Made by a program: the position numbers and the translations under genes. The notes under the pieces are model-generated. The model saw only the letters and a program-made list of their open reading frames with translations, was not told the origin of the DNA and made no database searches. DNA of 28,484 nucleotides from Moniliella sp. 'wahieum' (Eukaryota): NCBI GenBank assembly GCA_003971905.1, contig RSEE01000104.1:186001-214484 (forward strand), written 5' to 3'. This document shows positions 11,450 to 23,000 of this stretch, one piece after another (the stretch's first letter is position 1; each line of letters begins with the position of its first letter).

Positions 11450-12907
11450 GCTGGCAATTTGGCACGACCAATGTGGCTGATGAAGCTGATCCCAAGCCTC
11501 CCGGCCACCTGCGCACTGTGTTGCACGCGACCGGCACGGGCTTCGACACGAGGCATTCCAGCTCCTGGGTCCTTGCGTGGGAATGGGGATTGTCACCGGA
11601 CGTGGTTTCGCGACAAGGCGCACGAGGTGAGGCAGGACATGTCCACGTCCACGTTGGATGGCATTGCGCTTCAGGGACGTTCCCGACTTTCCACGCACCT
11701 GCTTCGTTCCCTGTAGCTGGATGGCGAAGATGTGCTGACCAAGAACGACACGTTCTTCTGTACGACGTTTGGACCGATCCGCGGAGACGAGAACTCCCTC
11801 GGATAGGAAGACGAACACGTTGACATGCTCAGGAGCTGCCCCTTCGGATGGGAGGATGCGACCGCCCGCCCGCTCAGCTCTTACGCGCCCCCCCCCCCCC
11901 CCCCCCCCCCCCCTGCGCGCGGGCTGCATCCAACGCGATCGACGATTCTCTTGTCCCCATGTGGTTGCGCCCCATGTGTCGTACACGACGCGAGAGCTTA
12001 CGACGCAACGCCAGTGCGGTAGGGAGATGTGGGAGCAGAGTCAGCTGGCGCTATTTTTTATACTTACTCCCGACCTTCAATGGGGCCCATGGTCGCATTG
12101 ACTGTGGTTGAGCACAGCAATGCGTTCACCTCCACTGGACACTGGACTTTCCCCGCTCGATATCAGCAGCCAAGTGCCTCGAGATCATCGCTAAGCAGGT
12201 TCCCGTGGGTCGGCAGCTTCGTACCCTGGGTCGCTCCTCGCGCAAGCAAGTGCCAGTGTGGTTGGGATGTCCTCGCTTGAGCACAGCACATCTTGGCTTG
12301 CACCTGTACCCAGTCCAAATTTGACCGCGTATTGCACGAGGCTGTATGGCAACTGGCCTTCCATCTCGCGCGCACCATCCCGAACCACACCATTCTGAAC
12401 GAGCTGCATGGGGAGGAAGAGGAGACGCGGCGTGGGAGGAAGGCGAGGTGGAGGTGGAGGGGCTCCCGAGTGATGGCACCCGAAGCGTCTGCGGGATCAG
12501 GAATGGAAGTGGACAACACCCTGATCAACTCAGGGAAAAAGGAAGGCATGGTTGCGTACCGGAAGGTGCTGCCTGAAGGAACTGCAGCACCTGTGCAACG
12601 CCGGGAGAAGGTGCTACTTCGACTGTTGAGACGAGCAAAACGCGACGGGAACGCCAAGTACCCGGGATGCACTCAACCCTATCTTCCCTTTGCTTGGGAC
12701 CACATGAGGATCCTATACCACCAAGACGGCGAGCAAGGTGTTGAGCACTGGAAGGAAGTAACTACTGAATCTCAATGGAGACGGTTCACCGCTCGGATGT
12801 TTACCGCGCTCGTTCGTATCTACACGCTCCACCTCGGGTTTGGAAACGGATGGCGGGTGCCAGAGAGCCCTGACCTGCTGGCGCCTCTACTGGCTTCCAG
12901 TGGATAG
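11450..12907 (+). mobile_element. 5'-truncated, degenerate CRE-clade non-LTR retrotransposon (Cnl1/MoTeR-like): RT thumb, CCHC knuckle and restriction-like endonuclease region
   Basis: Ordered motifs across frameshifts: GI(QLL)GS..G..CHRTWFRDK, HLLRSL..D..PIRG, LPLRMGG (11836-11856), ARAAS, QRQCGREMWEQSQ, LSPLDISAA, KCQCG..QHILACTC..RVLHEAV, and AKY..PYLPF..EHWKEV..RMFTALVR ending at TAG 12907. No YxDD motif is present, so the RT core is lost. A poly-C run at 11888-11913 interrupts the frame. Confidence 0.72.
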
Positions 12908-14879
12908 GCACGAGCTAGCAGCCCACGCCGGAGGAGCGAGCCTGACATGCGCATTGTTTGTTTGACCTTGTTCAAGGTCTGCAATTGCAATGAATTCTTG
13001 GTGTAGGTATTGGCCTCTCTTCCTCTTCCTCCCTTCTGCCCTTCACTTGCCTTACCGCTACCTCTCTCCTCAGAAGCACATCCCCCTTCTCCTTAGCAAG
13101 GTTCTGAGCTCGCGCATGGGGACGGATCTGGCTCGCGGCTTACCCACCCCCGACCCGCCCTGGCTGTTGGTCAACATTTGATACACCGCTTCGTCTCACC
13201 CAATACTGACCGCACAGATCTCCTTGACTCACTATCCCTTCCATACGAAAAGCACTCTTCTCACCTCGCACCTCGTGCTTGCTGCTGCCGGAGGACAGTC
13301 CTGTCGCCCCTTTTCGCTCCAACACTTACTAACTCCAGCCCACCACCATCTTGGGCCAGCAACCCTCGGCGCACGTCGTGCCACCCACGCCACTTGTTCG
13401 CTCTCTTCTCATCTTGCCCATCTGAGGGGACGTGCTGATGAAGAGCTGGGACCTGCTTTGTTTCTGAGGATGAAATTGATCGTCTCGCTGGCTGTCATCC
13501 TACGCCCATACCTCTTCTCCAGGCGCGAGACTGGTGGGGTTGTTGGGCTGTGGCTCTAATCATGCAGTCCTGCATGGGCGATAGGCATCACCCCTCTTCC
13601 CTTTCCGGACTTTCCCTTTGCTCACGCGATACTAGTCGCGACTGTCATGCCCAACCTTTTCCACGACATCCTGTACCTTTCCCAGAATAAGGGGTACCTC
13701 CGTTCTCCTTCTCCTTCAGCACACCTGTTCGTCCCTCTCGCCAGTCGCTGCTTATGCTTACCAGCAACCATAATTTTGCATCCATTTCTCGCTCATCTAC
13801 TGTCTTGTTGACTTTTTATCAGGAATCATTACTGTTTCGCTGTTGGTATTGGGACCCGGCTGTATCAACAGTGGCTCTCGTTGGCGTGACCCGCATGACC
13901 TCATGCGAACGTGGTGACGCGGTGACGGGTCACTCCGGCCCCACCATGCACCACACCCGGCCTAACCCATATGCTCAGGCCTGCTTGTTGAGGCAAGAGC
14001 AGACGAACATAAGAACAGTACGGGGAGCCATGCGTCCCAATTTTGCCACATATAAATCAACCTCCAACATATTGTCAACGTGTATATATTTCTGAGGCCT
14101 TTAGTTGGCCACGGGCTACAACAGCCACGCCACTGGGCTAACTGTACTATGCTGTATGGCCGGCACTATGCACGTTGAATACGCGGTGTCTTTAACGCGT
14201 TCAGCACCCTGGTTAGGTTGTCGAGGAGAGCATCAGAAATTTTGAGCCGCTGTAGGCATGGCCGGCCGTTGTACATGCACGTGCCACCCTTGCCACACCT
14301 CCGATACCGGCATGCACCACATGAATTAACCACATGCATGCCATTGCCCACAATACCGAGACCCAACCAACCGCCCACCATCCTGCACCCTTTTGTTCTT
14401 TCAAATCTATGGGAATGGTTAGCATGAGACATCTGTGCCACACATCACAGTCGGGGCTCAGCAAGGCGAGGGAAACCAGTGTCGAGACAAAGCCGGGGAA
14501 TGTAGCACTCGTTCGTTGGGAAGACCAGAAGACCGGAAGCAAGTGCAGAGCACTTGGGGGGAAGCAGAAGAACAAAAGGCAAGAGCGAGGGGCTCGAGAC
14601 AAATTATAAGAAGTAGAAATTTGAAGCGATGAGATCAGCGGCTCAGGAGGCGCTCTACAGCCGCTCAGTCCTCTGCCATACTACAATGCCGATCTGCCGT
14701 GACGGGGTGACCGTCGCGTGTATGCTTGAAAACACCTCTTGTTCCGGGCCCCAAACGTCAAGAGGTGACGTATTAGTACTAGTGAGGCCGCTTCCTTTCC
14801 TTCTTCCTATAGGACAGGATTATTCTCTGGCCTATCTGTAGCTCGCGTGCTATGTAATCAACTACTATCTGGAGGTCGG

Positions 14880-15185
14880 ATCGATGATCCTTGACTTAAT
14901 CATCACTAGCGACTAGTCACAGTTACTAGTTACTAGTCAACACAACAGATTAGAGGGCGTACAAAAGGCGTGAGATCTGAGATGGTATGTTCCCAACGCG
15001 CCGGTAAAACACACGAGACTCTGGAAAAGGTAACGCCGGTATAACTCGAATGTAACAATGTCACCGGTGAACGCATGTTGAAGGACGACCTTGAAGCTAA
15101 GCTAGAAGCTTGAACGTCCGTGGTAGGTAGGCCTTAGGCCTTAGGCCAGATTGCTCGCACCAATATCGATTGTCGATTATTGATG
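14880..15185. repeat. Palindrome / 7-bp-period island
   Basis: ACTAGTCACAGTTACTAGTTACTAGTCA (14912-14939), TGAGATCTGAGAT, GAAGCTAAGCTAGAAGCTTGAA, and TAGGCCTTAGGCCTTAGGCC (15128-15147). Confidence 0.7.
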
Positions 15186-15949
15186 GAATGGTCCATGATG
15201 TTGCGATGCACGCTGAAGGTAATGCCTTCTTTAGGAAAAGGAGACGGAAGGTGCTGGTCGGCCCAGTCCGGGTTCGACAGCTGAGGGTAGGAAGTGAAAT
15301 GGCGCTCATTGTTGAGAAAATACGCCGATGGAAAGGGATGGATACGGAGAGGGTGAGGGGATGGAAAAGGGAGTTGTGGGTTGATCACCGTTGCTCACTG
15401 GATGAGCGAAGAGTTGTAACTCTGATGAGACCAACTCTGATGAGACCTGGAGTCCAGGTGGTCCTCGAGGGTGATGCAATCGCACTAGTGGTGGTGGTGG
15501 TCTAAGCCAACCAGCAACGCCTACTGAGGAACATCAAGCAGCGAGTCGCCACTAGGGGCTAAGCTCTGCTAAGCTGCGGAACAAGGTAAAACAGGGAGAG
15601 AAAAAACAAAGGAACTCCTAGGCCTGAGGAGGAACTGAAGGGACATTGGCCAAAGCACAACAGTTCATTCGATGGGTTATTGATGTGGCGTCGCGGTGCC
15701 GGTAGCTCAAGCACGGGCCCTTCCAGTGCATTCCTTCCAACAATTCACACCATCAACTGCCTGTTCTCTGGTCTTCTACAATTGAATTGATGGTGCAGGC
15801 AGGTTCTAGTGTGGCTGAACTACTAGTGAGACTTGTAACATACAACTGAGGGTGCAGTCTCAGAATCCAACACCCTCTTGTGCGTCTGTTTGTTTTGGCT
15901 TACGTAGCGGGTGTGGAAGGGATTTGGCCTGGAGATCGAATACCCCATT

Positions 15950-16505
15950 TATGGGGTAACCGGTAACCGGTAACCTGTAACAGGTAACGCGGTAATGCGT
16001 AACGCGGGTACGACGGGCCAGGTATGAGTGCCCAGACTGAGTACACGCGTATCGCAGATAGGGTTCTCATACCACGCACTTGGCGCTGGCATGCCATCGA
16101 ACAAATAAAGATAAGTACGTGTTTTGTACATACAACGCCACCGCGAGTTAAGCTTTTGCATTCTAAACACGCATTTGAATTTCCATTGCTGCGACGAGTC
16201 TTTGCGCACCTGGCGCCTGTGTCCTTCAACAATACAGACTCCGCTCTCAGATCTCAGACTTCGAGGCTTAGAGCCTAGATCTCAATTCTCAATGATCTCT
16301 TAACTCTTAATCCTGTCAGAAACGCTCTGGATTGCACCAAGAACCTGTTACGTGTTATTAGCGCTTAGCCTGCTGATTAACACCGGTTCGGCCGTTTCCT
16401 CTGTTACAGCCGGTAACAGAGCAAAGCAGGCAGGGTACTGAGTGTGCTGAGACTCAGTGCCCGTGCCCAGTACGTCAGTGGCTCAGCGTGCTCAGTCTCA
16501 GCGGG
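15950..16505. repeat. Palindrome / 7-bp-period islands
   Basis: GGTAACCGGTAACCGGTAACCTGTAACAGGTAACGCGGTAATGCGTAACGCG (15955-16006), CTCAGATCTCAGAC (~16246), and a CTGAG/CTCAG cluster at ~16438-16501. Confidence 0.7.
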
Positions 16506-16550
16506 GCGCCGTACCTTCAGCGCTTCAACTTTGTTGAATGCACGTATTGT

Positions 16551-16660
16551 TTCTGTCGCGTTGGGACTGAGGTTCTGGCGCGTTGGGACTGAGGTTCTGT
16601 CGCGTTGGGACTGAGGTTCTGTCGCGTTGGGACTGAGGTTCTGTCGCGTTGGGACTGAGG
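16551..16660. repeat. 22-bp minisatellite, 5 copies (TTCTGTCGCGTTGGGACTGAGG)
   Basis: Five head-to-tail copies with no spacers; one T>G change in copy 2. Confidence 0.97.
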
Positions 16661-16839
16661 CCTCAGGGCCTGAGGCGCGGACGATGCTTTTGTTGATGAT
16701 TTCTGTTTCGCCCCAACCTGCAAATGTAAACATGTCCCGCAGGGAATCCGGTGTGCCCGTGGACCATTGAGATGTGCGACTAGTGCCTAGTTGCCAGGCG
16801 CTACAAGCATTGGGCCTATTCGGCCTTTCGTACACTGGC

Positions 16840-17355
16840 ACTTAACGTGTACGAGGGCGCACCTTAGACCCAGGCCTTACCTGTTTTACATGCTACACCT
16901 TACGTCTCCAAGCTCATAGCTAAAAAACTCTATACTGGGTGCTGGGTACAGTTACCGGTTCCCGTTATTGACGTCAAGCTTCAAGGTTCACAACCGTTAA
17001 GCTTTAAGAACGACGTTTGACGTTTACCTTCACCGTTTAGCGTTTAACACGTTTAACGGTTAAATAGAACGTGTGTATATATCGATCGGCTTTGGGGGTC
17101 TTATCGATCTTATCCGCGGGCTCAGCGCCCAACAGACTGAGCGCTCAGCGTCGGGCCATAGGCTCCACATTAAGGGTGTGGTATGTGAGGCCTGAGGGTC
17201 TGAGGCGTGACACGTGCCGGGGGGAGGCGGTGAGGCCTGAGGCTCAGCTCCCAGGGACGGAGGTGAGAACAAAAGCTTCAATAAAGCCGAAAGCTGTTAG
17301 CTTCTGAGCTCTGAGGCTGAAACTCTGAGATCTCTCTGAAGCTTGAAGCTAGAAG
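16840..17355. repeat. Palindrome / 7-bp-period island
   Basis: GTTACCGGT, CAAGCTTCAAG, GTTTAACACGTTTAACGGTTAA, CTGAGCGCTCAG, TGAGGCCTGAGG, and CTGAGCTCTGAGG..GAAGCTTGAAGCTAGAAG. Confidence 0.7.
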
Positions 17356-17931
17356 AGCCGGCACAACGGGTAAGGGGGCGGTAAAACTGGGTGGGTGATA
17401 TGTCGACAATGATCTTGATCATGATCCATGGGTTCAGTATTTGTGGCAAAAATGTTGGTCAATGGTGGGGGGCAACGCAATCGAAACAAGAAACAAAGAG
17501 AGATAAAGGGCTCTGCCTGCGGGCTGGCAGGCCACTGTGTGTGTGACATGCGCATCGCACGCCACAGGCCAGCACGCGTGATGTATGATCGATGATCCGG
17601 CCAGACAATTAGGCTGCACCCTGGCCGCCTCCTCTGGCGTGTGGGCGCCCTGATTAAGGATGGACGTTTGGCGCTGCCCTGCGGAGGCAGACGCAGTGCC
17701 TGCAATCGCACTCGCCGCCTGCCTGGGTCGTGCCTGCTTCTGACATTGTCCTGGGGCACGATGCTGTCGGGGAGGCCTGCCTGCCGCCGCGTTCGCTTCT
17801 GTCTCCACTACACCTCAGCTCGCACTCCTCCCCCCTAGGCCCCTCAAAAGCCGCGCCTGCGACGGACCCACTCCCCGTTCGACCCCCCCACATCACCACC
17901 ACCCCGTCGGTCTCGGCCCTGTGTTGCCGTC

Positions 17932-20000
17932 ATGACTTTGCTCGACGTGCGCATCCACCCGGCGTCTCTTCTGCCCCTCCACCTGCACAATGACGCCCTC
18001 GTCGGCTTCATTGCGAGCCCCGTTACTCCCTCGCTAATTGGTGCGTTGCGTCTTGTCCCGTCCCTATTGGGCACCTGATCGTCGTACCCATCTCTAACCA
18101 ACATCCCGCCCTTCCCAGTTTACATGGCCGACCATGCGCGGACCTGCTGATGCGTGACAGTGCGCTGGTCTCCACTCTCGACTCTGCCTGCTCCAACGAT
18201 GATACGGCGAGCATCACCCCCAGTGAGGCCAGCGCCCAAGCCAGCCCAGCCAGCCTGCCTGACTTGAGCGTGTGGCTTGCCCAATTGGCCAAGCAAAGTG
18301 GTGCGGCCACTGCAACCCTCATGGTCGCCATGGTTTATGTCCACCGCGTCCGACTGGCTCTGCCTAAGGTGCCACTCGCCTGGCAATGCTTTTCACCGTG
18401 TCTTGCTGGCCGCTTTGGTCCTTGCAGCCAAGATGACCCACGATCGCGCCTTGAAGAACAACGTTTGGGCGCGGTATAGTGGACTGTTTACTACGCATGA
18501 TGTCAACCTGATGGAATGCCAGTTCCTCAAGCTGCTCGACTATCGTCTTTGCATTGATGAACCCGAGCTCCTCGCAGTCTCTCAGCCTCTTATGCTGTCG
18601 CTTGGGCACAAAAAAGGAGGAGCTGCATTCCATGCCGGGTCGGCCTTGGTCGGCTTCTGGATTTACTTCCTCCGCAAATCATCTTGAGCGGGTGTCCCTG
18701 CAAAAACATGCCGGCCATGTTCGCAGCGCCTCCGACACCCGTATTATCATGCTTGGTGATCAGAATATGGGGCGCAGTCACTCTCGCTCCATTGGATTGC
18801 ACACGATGCACCGTCAAATCAAGTTCTTGTCGTCCCACGCTGATGATGAGCCTTCCACTCATCTAGGGCTGGGGCCACCCCTGCTCGAGGAACTGGCTCC
18901 CTCCTTCCATTTACTGTACCTTCTCCGGAATTACTCGATTCAACCGTACCGACCGAACTCCTCCGGAGTACCACGCTCCCGAGCAGCCCCAAATCGCCTA
19001 CGCCGAGCCTATGGGACCTGGAACCTCAAGAGCAAACCGGGCCACGATCCAGTTGCAGCTCTATGGATTCCTCCCATCTTACAACACACCCGGTGCTTCT
19101 GTTCTCAACATTTCGAGCTTCCCGCTTCCTGGTCGGAAGCCCCGCATGAGCCAAGTCTACAATCGACAAATCGGGACATTTGCGCATCCTTTAGACTGCC
19201 CCGTTGACGTGGTCTCGGACGCTTCCATTCAGTTGGGTCTGAGTACCGTACGGGACTCTTCTAACGGACACGCCTGCGCAGACGGAGCGGAAGAGCTAGT
19301 GCTCAAAGAAACCACCGATACCACCGGTTCGTTGGTCCCCATGCCTCATCATTTTGTACAAGGCGTGAGCCCTACCGAAGCTCAATCTCCCCCCGTCCCA
19401 AGGTCCCCTCGACGAGTGTCCAACCTTGTCTCTTTCCATTCGCTCTCCATTCCATCCTCCGCAACTCGATGGGGACATATCTTCCCTTCCCAGGACTTCG
19501 ATAGGGATGAAGATGACACCGTGGGCGAAATCTCGGTTGTGCCCAAGGCACCCAGAAAGGTTCGGAGGCAACTCTCTCTTTCGACTATGTTCAATTCTTT
19601 CAGTCTCGATGCCGACGGCAAGCGCGCTGGGGTCTCACCACCGTCGGCTCCCGTTACGGTATCTGGTATGCCGAATCCGGCCTCTGGTTGGCCCACCCAG
19701 CAACACATGTCTACTGCATCCACCTCTTCCAACCCCGCCCCGGGACTCAAGACGGCACGGAGCATGCCTCTCCTCCGCCGCTTCGCACCAAGTCACGTTG
19801 CCGTTGACGAAGCGGCGCTCGGGGACCCATCCCGGCCTTCGCCTGTCACTCATGGTCCAGGCCCAACCCCGCTTCGCTCCATGCGCCGTACCAAAGACAC
19901 AACCAAAGGTCCTGTACGGAGCCTTCGCACTCGCGCGTCTGCTCTGGGTCTTCGTACTTTCGCCACCAAAATCCGCTCGCTTGTTGGTGCGCCAGTCTAG
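17932..20000 (+). CDS. Pho85/Cdk5-type cyclin (Pcl1/Pcl2-like) with a long low-complexity C-terminus; frameshifted in this sequence
   Basis: Exon 1 (17932-18040) reads MTLLDVRIHPASLLPLHLHNDALVGFIASPVTPSLI. Intron 18041-18118 (GTGCGT..CTAAC..CAG). Cyclin box: LPDLSVWLAQLAKQS..TLMVAMVYVHRVRLALP / HRVLLAALVLAAKMTHDRALKNNVWARYSGLFTTHDVNLMECQFLKLLDYRL. Joining the Ser/Pro-rich ORF 19011-20000 as its tail is inference. Confidence 0.88.
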
Positions 20001-23000
20001 GACCCACTGCACAACATCGTCGCGCACACCACCATTTCACACCGTCGCTTCCTAATTGGCACTGGCACTTACACTTTCCATGCTCTCTCTAATGTTCCCT
20101 CCGCATCTGTCTGTTCTTTACTTTAATGCGTCCTCCAAGGGCCCACGTTCCTTTTCTGATGGGCCCTTCCATCTGTCTGTCATCATCTCCGCACCATGGT
20201 ATACTATACTGTTGCTCTAATCGCCTATTAATACATGCGCTAATGAACCGCAGTTGCTTGTTTTTAGCACTACTTCCATTTGCATTCGTTCACATCGGTG
20301 CTCGTTACCGGCTCCCTAGATCCCTCTCAAACAATTGGAGCCATCTCTTTGCGCCACTTGGTCATGGCGCGGCAAGGTGATGAGCATGAGCTACTGATGC
20401 CAGAGCAGAGGAGGAGGCAAACTGACGTGACGATCTGACGCGTTACAGGCTGCCTTACTAAGTGCAGTCGAAGAGGACACGCATGAAAGACCAAAGACTG
20501 TCCGAAGAAGAGACCAACCCTTCTTCTCGCGACAGAAGGGTGCTGTTGTAGGTGCGCCTAGCCTAGCGTAGACTAGCAGAGTGGATTCTGGGTCTGTGTG
20601 TGTGTGTGAGCGCGATAGCTCCTAGACCATTGCAGCACAACCAAGGCGGACGCATCGAGCCCCCTCGTCCTCATCCACCACCCACGCCGTCAGTCCCCCC
20701 CATCCGCACGCCCTGGGGGGAAACACAACAGACATCGAAGGGCGACGGCACGTCGGCGGCACGCTGGCTTGGTCCCCCGCCTCCTCCTCCTCCTTGGCGG
20801 GACAGCAAAGCTGGAAGAATAGCGGAACCAGTCTCCAACATTGCAGTCGCCGCGGGGCCGTTTGGTGGCGAACGATGTTCCCTGGGCGATGGGTTCAAAG
20901 GCGTGGGTGTGGTGGGATCGCTGCGATATATGCTGGGCAGCTGCAAGGAATGAATGGACATGGTCGGGTCTCCCGGGATGCAGTGCCAGCAACCCCAAGA
21001 TGATGCACCTTAGATGCGCACGTAACGTATCAGCAAGCACAAGCAAGACAGCTTAGACCACTTGGGTCGAATATGGCAAGGAGACCCTTAAGCCAGATCA
21101 GATAGACGGGAAGGTATACCTGTCGGCTTGCATCTCTTCGTTATGACCCGCGGCACACACGCGCTCATGGGGGCGTTGATTCTTGCCGGCCCACCTGAAC
21201 GAGGCAATTCCAGGGACTGGGGCCGCTCCAACGACTGCCGCCGCGATGACTGCTCCAACCGTTGCACACACAAGGGCACGACACCAGAGGCGTATCGCCC
21301 AGGGCCACCGGTGGGGGCCGAGAGGGGCGGGAGGGGAACAAATGCTCTGGGAGGGGCGAACGGAAGATGCGAGGTGAGGATTCACTCCGGCACGGCTCGG
21401 GTAGGGGGATGGTCGACAGCCACCCGACCGGCAAGCACGGTGAGCCAAGCGTCGCATCAATCCTCAATAATCAATCGAGAGCGAGGTTCACTAACGCTAA
21501 TCACACCATCTGCATCCTCTTCAGGGGTTCGAGATGCGGCGCCCTTCATCCCCCCTATATGGCAACGGCAGGCCGGGTCTCGTGCACGATGAAGGGATGG
21601 AACTGCGGCTGGGCCGGCCTGCTCGGCCAGCAAACGCGTTCTCTGGCAGCAGGCAAACCTGTCGCCGCCGACCCCATCTTCTTGCGTAGTGCCGTGACAG
21701 TGCGATAGACAGCCTACTGCGGCCGCTCGTCCCCCGCACCCCGTCTCCACGTCTGTACCGACCCGCATAACAGAACCGCATCGAACAGCACTTGTGCCTC
21801 GATAGCAACTTGAGGGCCTTCCTTATCTGCGGAACCGAAGGAGTGCGAAGCCGGACTTGCTTGGCTTGTGGTGCAGCACCGATAGCCAGAAAGGACAGCG
21901 CCTTGTCGGCGTACCCTCAATACTTTGAGTGACTGGCTGGGGGGCATTGACGTGACGATGTGAAGGGCTGCGTGATGCATGCGACCCGATTGCCTCCAGG
22001 ACTGCGCCTGATCAATGAGAAATGTCAGTAACTTGTGCCACGACAGAAGAATATGGACCACGTACAAGCATTGACATCCACGCGAAAATAGTTGGCGCGC
22101 TCGGCCCATCCTGGAACGGCAATCCTCGAGAGGGGTGAGCGCCGCGACCAAGCAAATAATGAGGGCCGATCAGTAGCAGCACTTCTTTGCATCCTGTTGG
22201 TCGCATACCACCATGCTGCCCCCCATTCCTCAAGCTTGAGCGAGGCCATCTCCGGATGCGCATCTCCTTCTTCACCGACACAACGACGCGGTATAGCTTG
22301 TGATGGTTTGATCCGCGTCTTTATAATGGACCTCAAACTCTCTTGCAAAGCGTGTCCATTGGGCTCATTGGGAACGATGCCAGCCAGTTGGGCGGCGGGA
22401 CCGCCACCATCCGAGGTTGCCGCTGCCTGGCGGGATGTTTAATTTGGTATCAAGGATGGCTCTGCAGATGGCGGGGTGATCACTTGCTTGTTTCCATCGG
22501 CTATTCGGCTCCGGCAGGCTTATTTGTACCTGTTTAGCGCGCTGGTCAGTACATCGCGGCACAACAAGGCATGGGTGCTTTCGTACCAGAGTAACACATA
22601 GTGGGTATAGCGGTACCAACGTCGGCAAGGCAGCGTAAAATGATTTGCACATCTAGCAATTCGTCCTGGCCGTAAGGCCAAAAGGAAGGCGGCAGCGCGA
22701 TAGGCCTTTCGGATGTAAACGCAACAGATACGGAACGACGAGATGCCACACAGCGTAACAGTGTGCCTTGATGGCAGCGTAACCCCGTCTTGATCGAAAC
22801 ACCGCGCCGGGGACCGGCGCGATATGAGCCCATCCTCGCTCATCGATGAAGGAAGCAGCGGTACGAGCAGCCTCACAGCAAGGAGGGCCCCATATCCAAC
22901 CCCACCTTACCAGTGCAACTGCTGGCGAAAGTACCGGAATGTTGACCTTGTTGGCACCCGCATTGGAAAGGGAACACCCATATCCATGTCAAGAATGCCC

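Noticed and set aside
11628..11716. GTGAGG..TAG intron in a host gene
   Set aside because: The segment translates to the HLLRSL motif expected in CRE-clade RT proteins, so it is better read as continuous retroelement coding sequence.
14166..14441. Cys-rich small protein (CGACRYRRCGKGGTC)
   Set aside because: TG/CA-rich DNA inflates Cys/His/Met codons, and no signal peptide or convincing gene structure is present.
15400..15475. Hammerhead ribozyme at tandem CTGATGAG
   Set aside because: No correctly placed GAAA follows a stem II; it is a short tandem duplication.
16551..16660. CRISPR array
   Set aside because: The repeats are directly adjacent with no spacers, the context is eukaryotic, and no cas genes are present.
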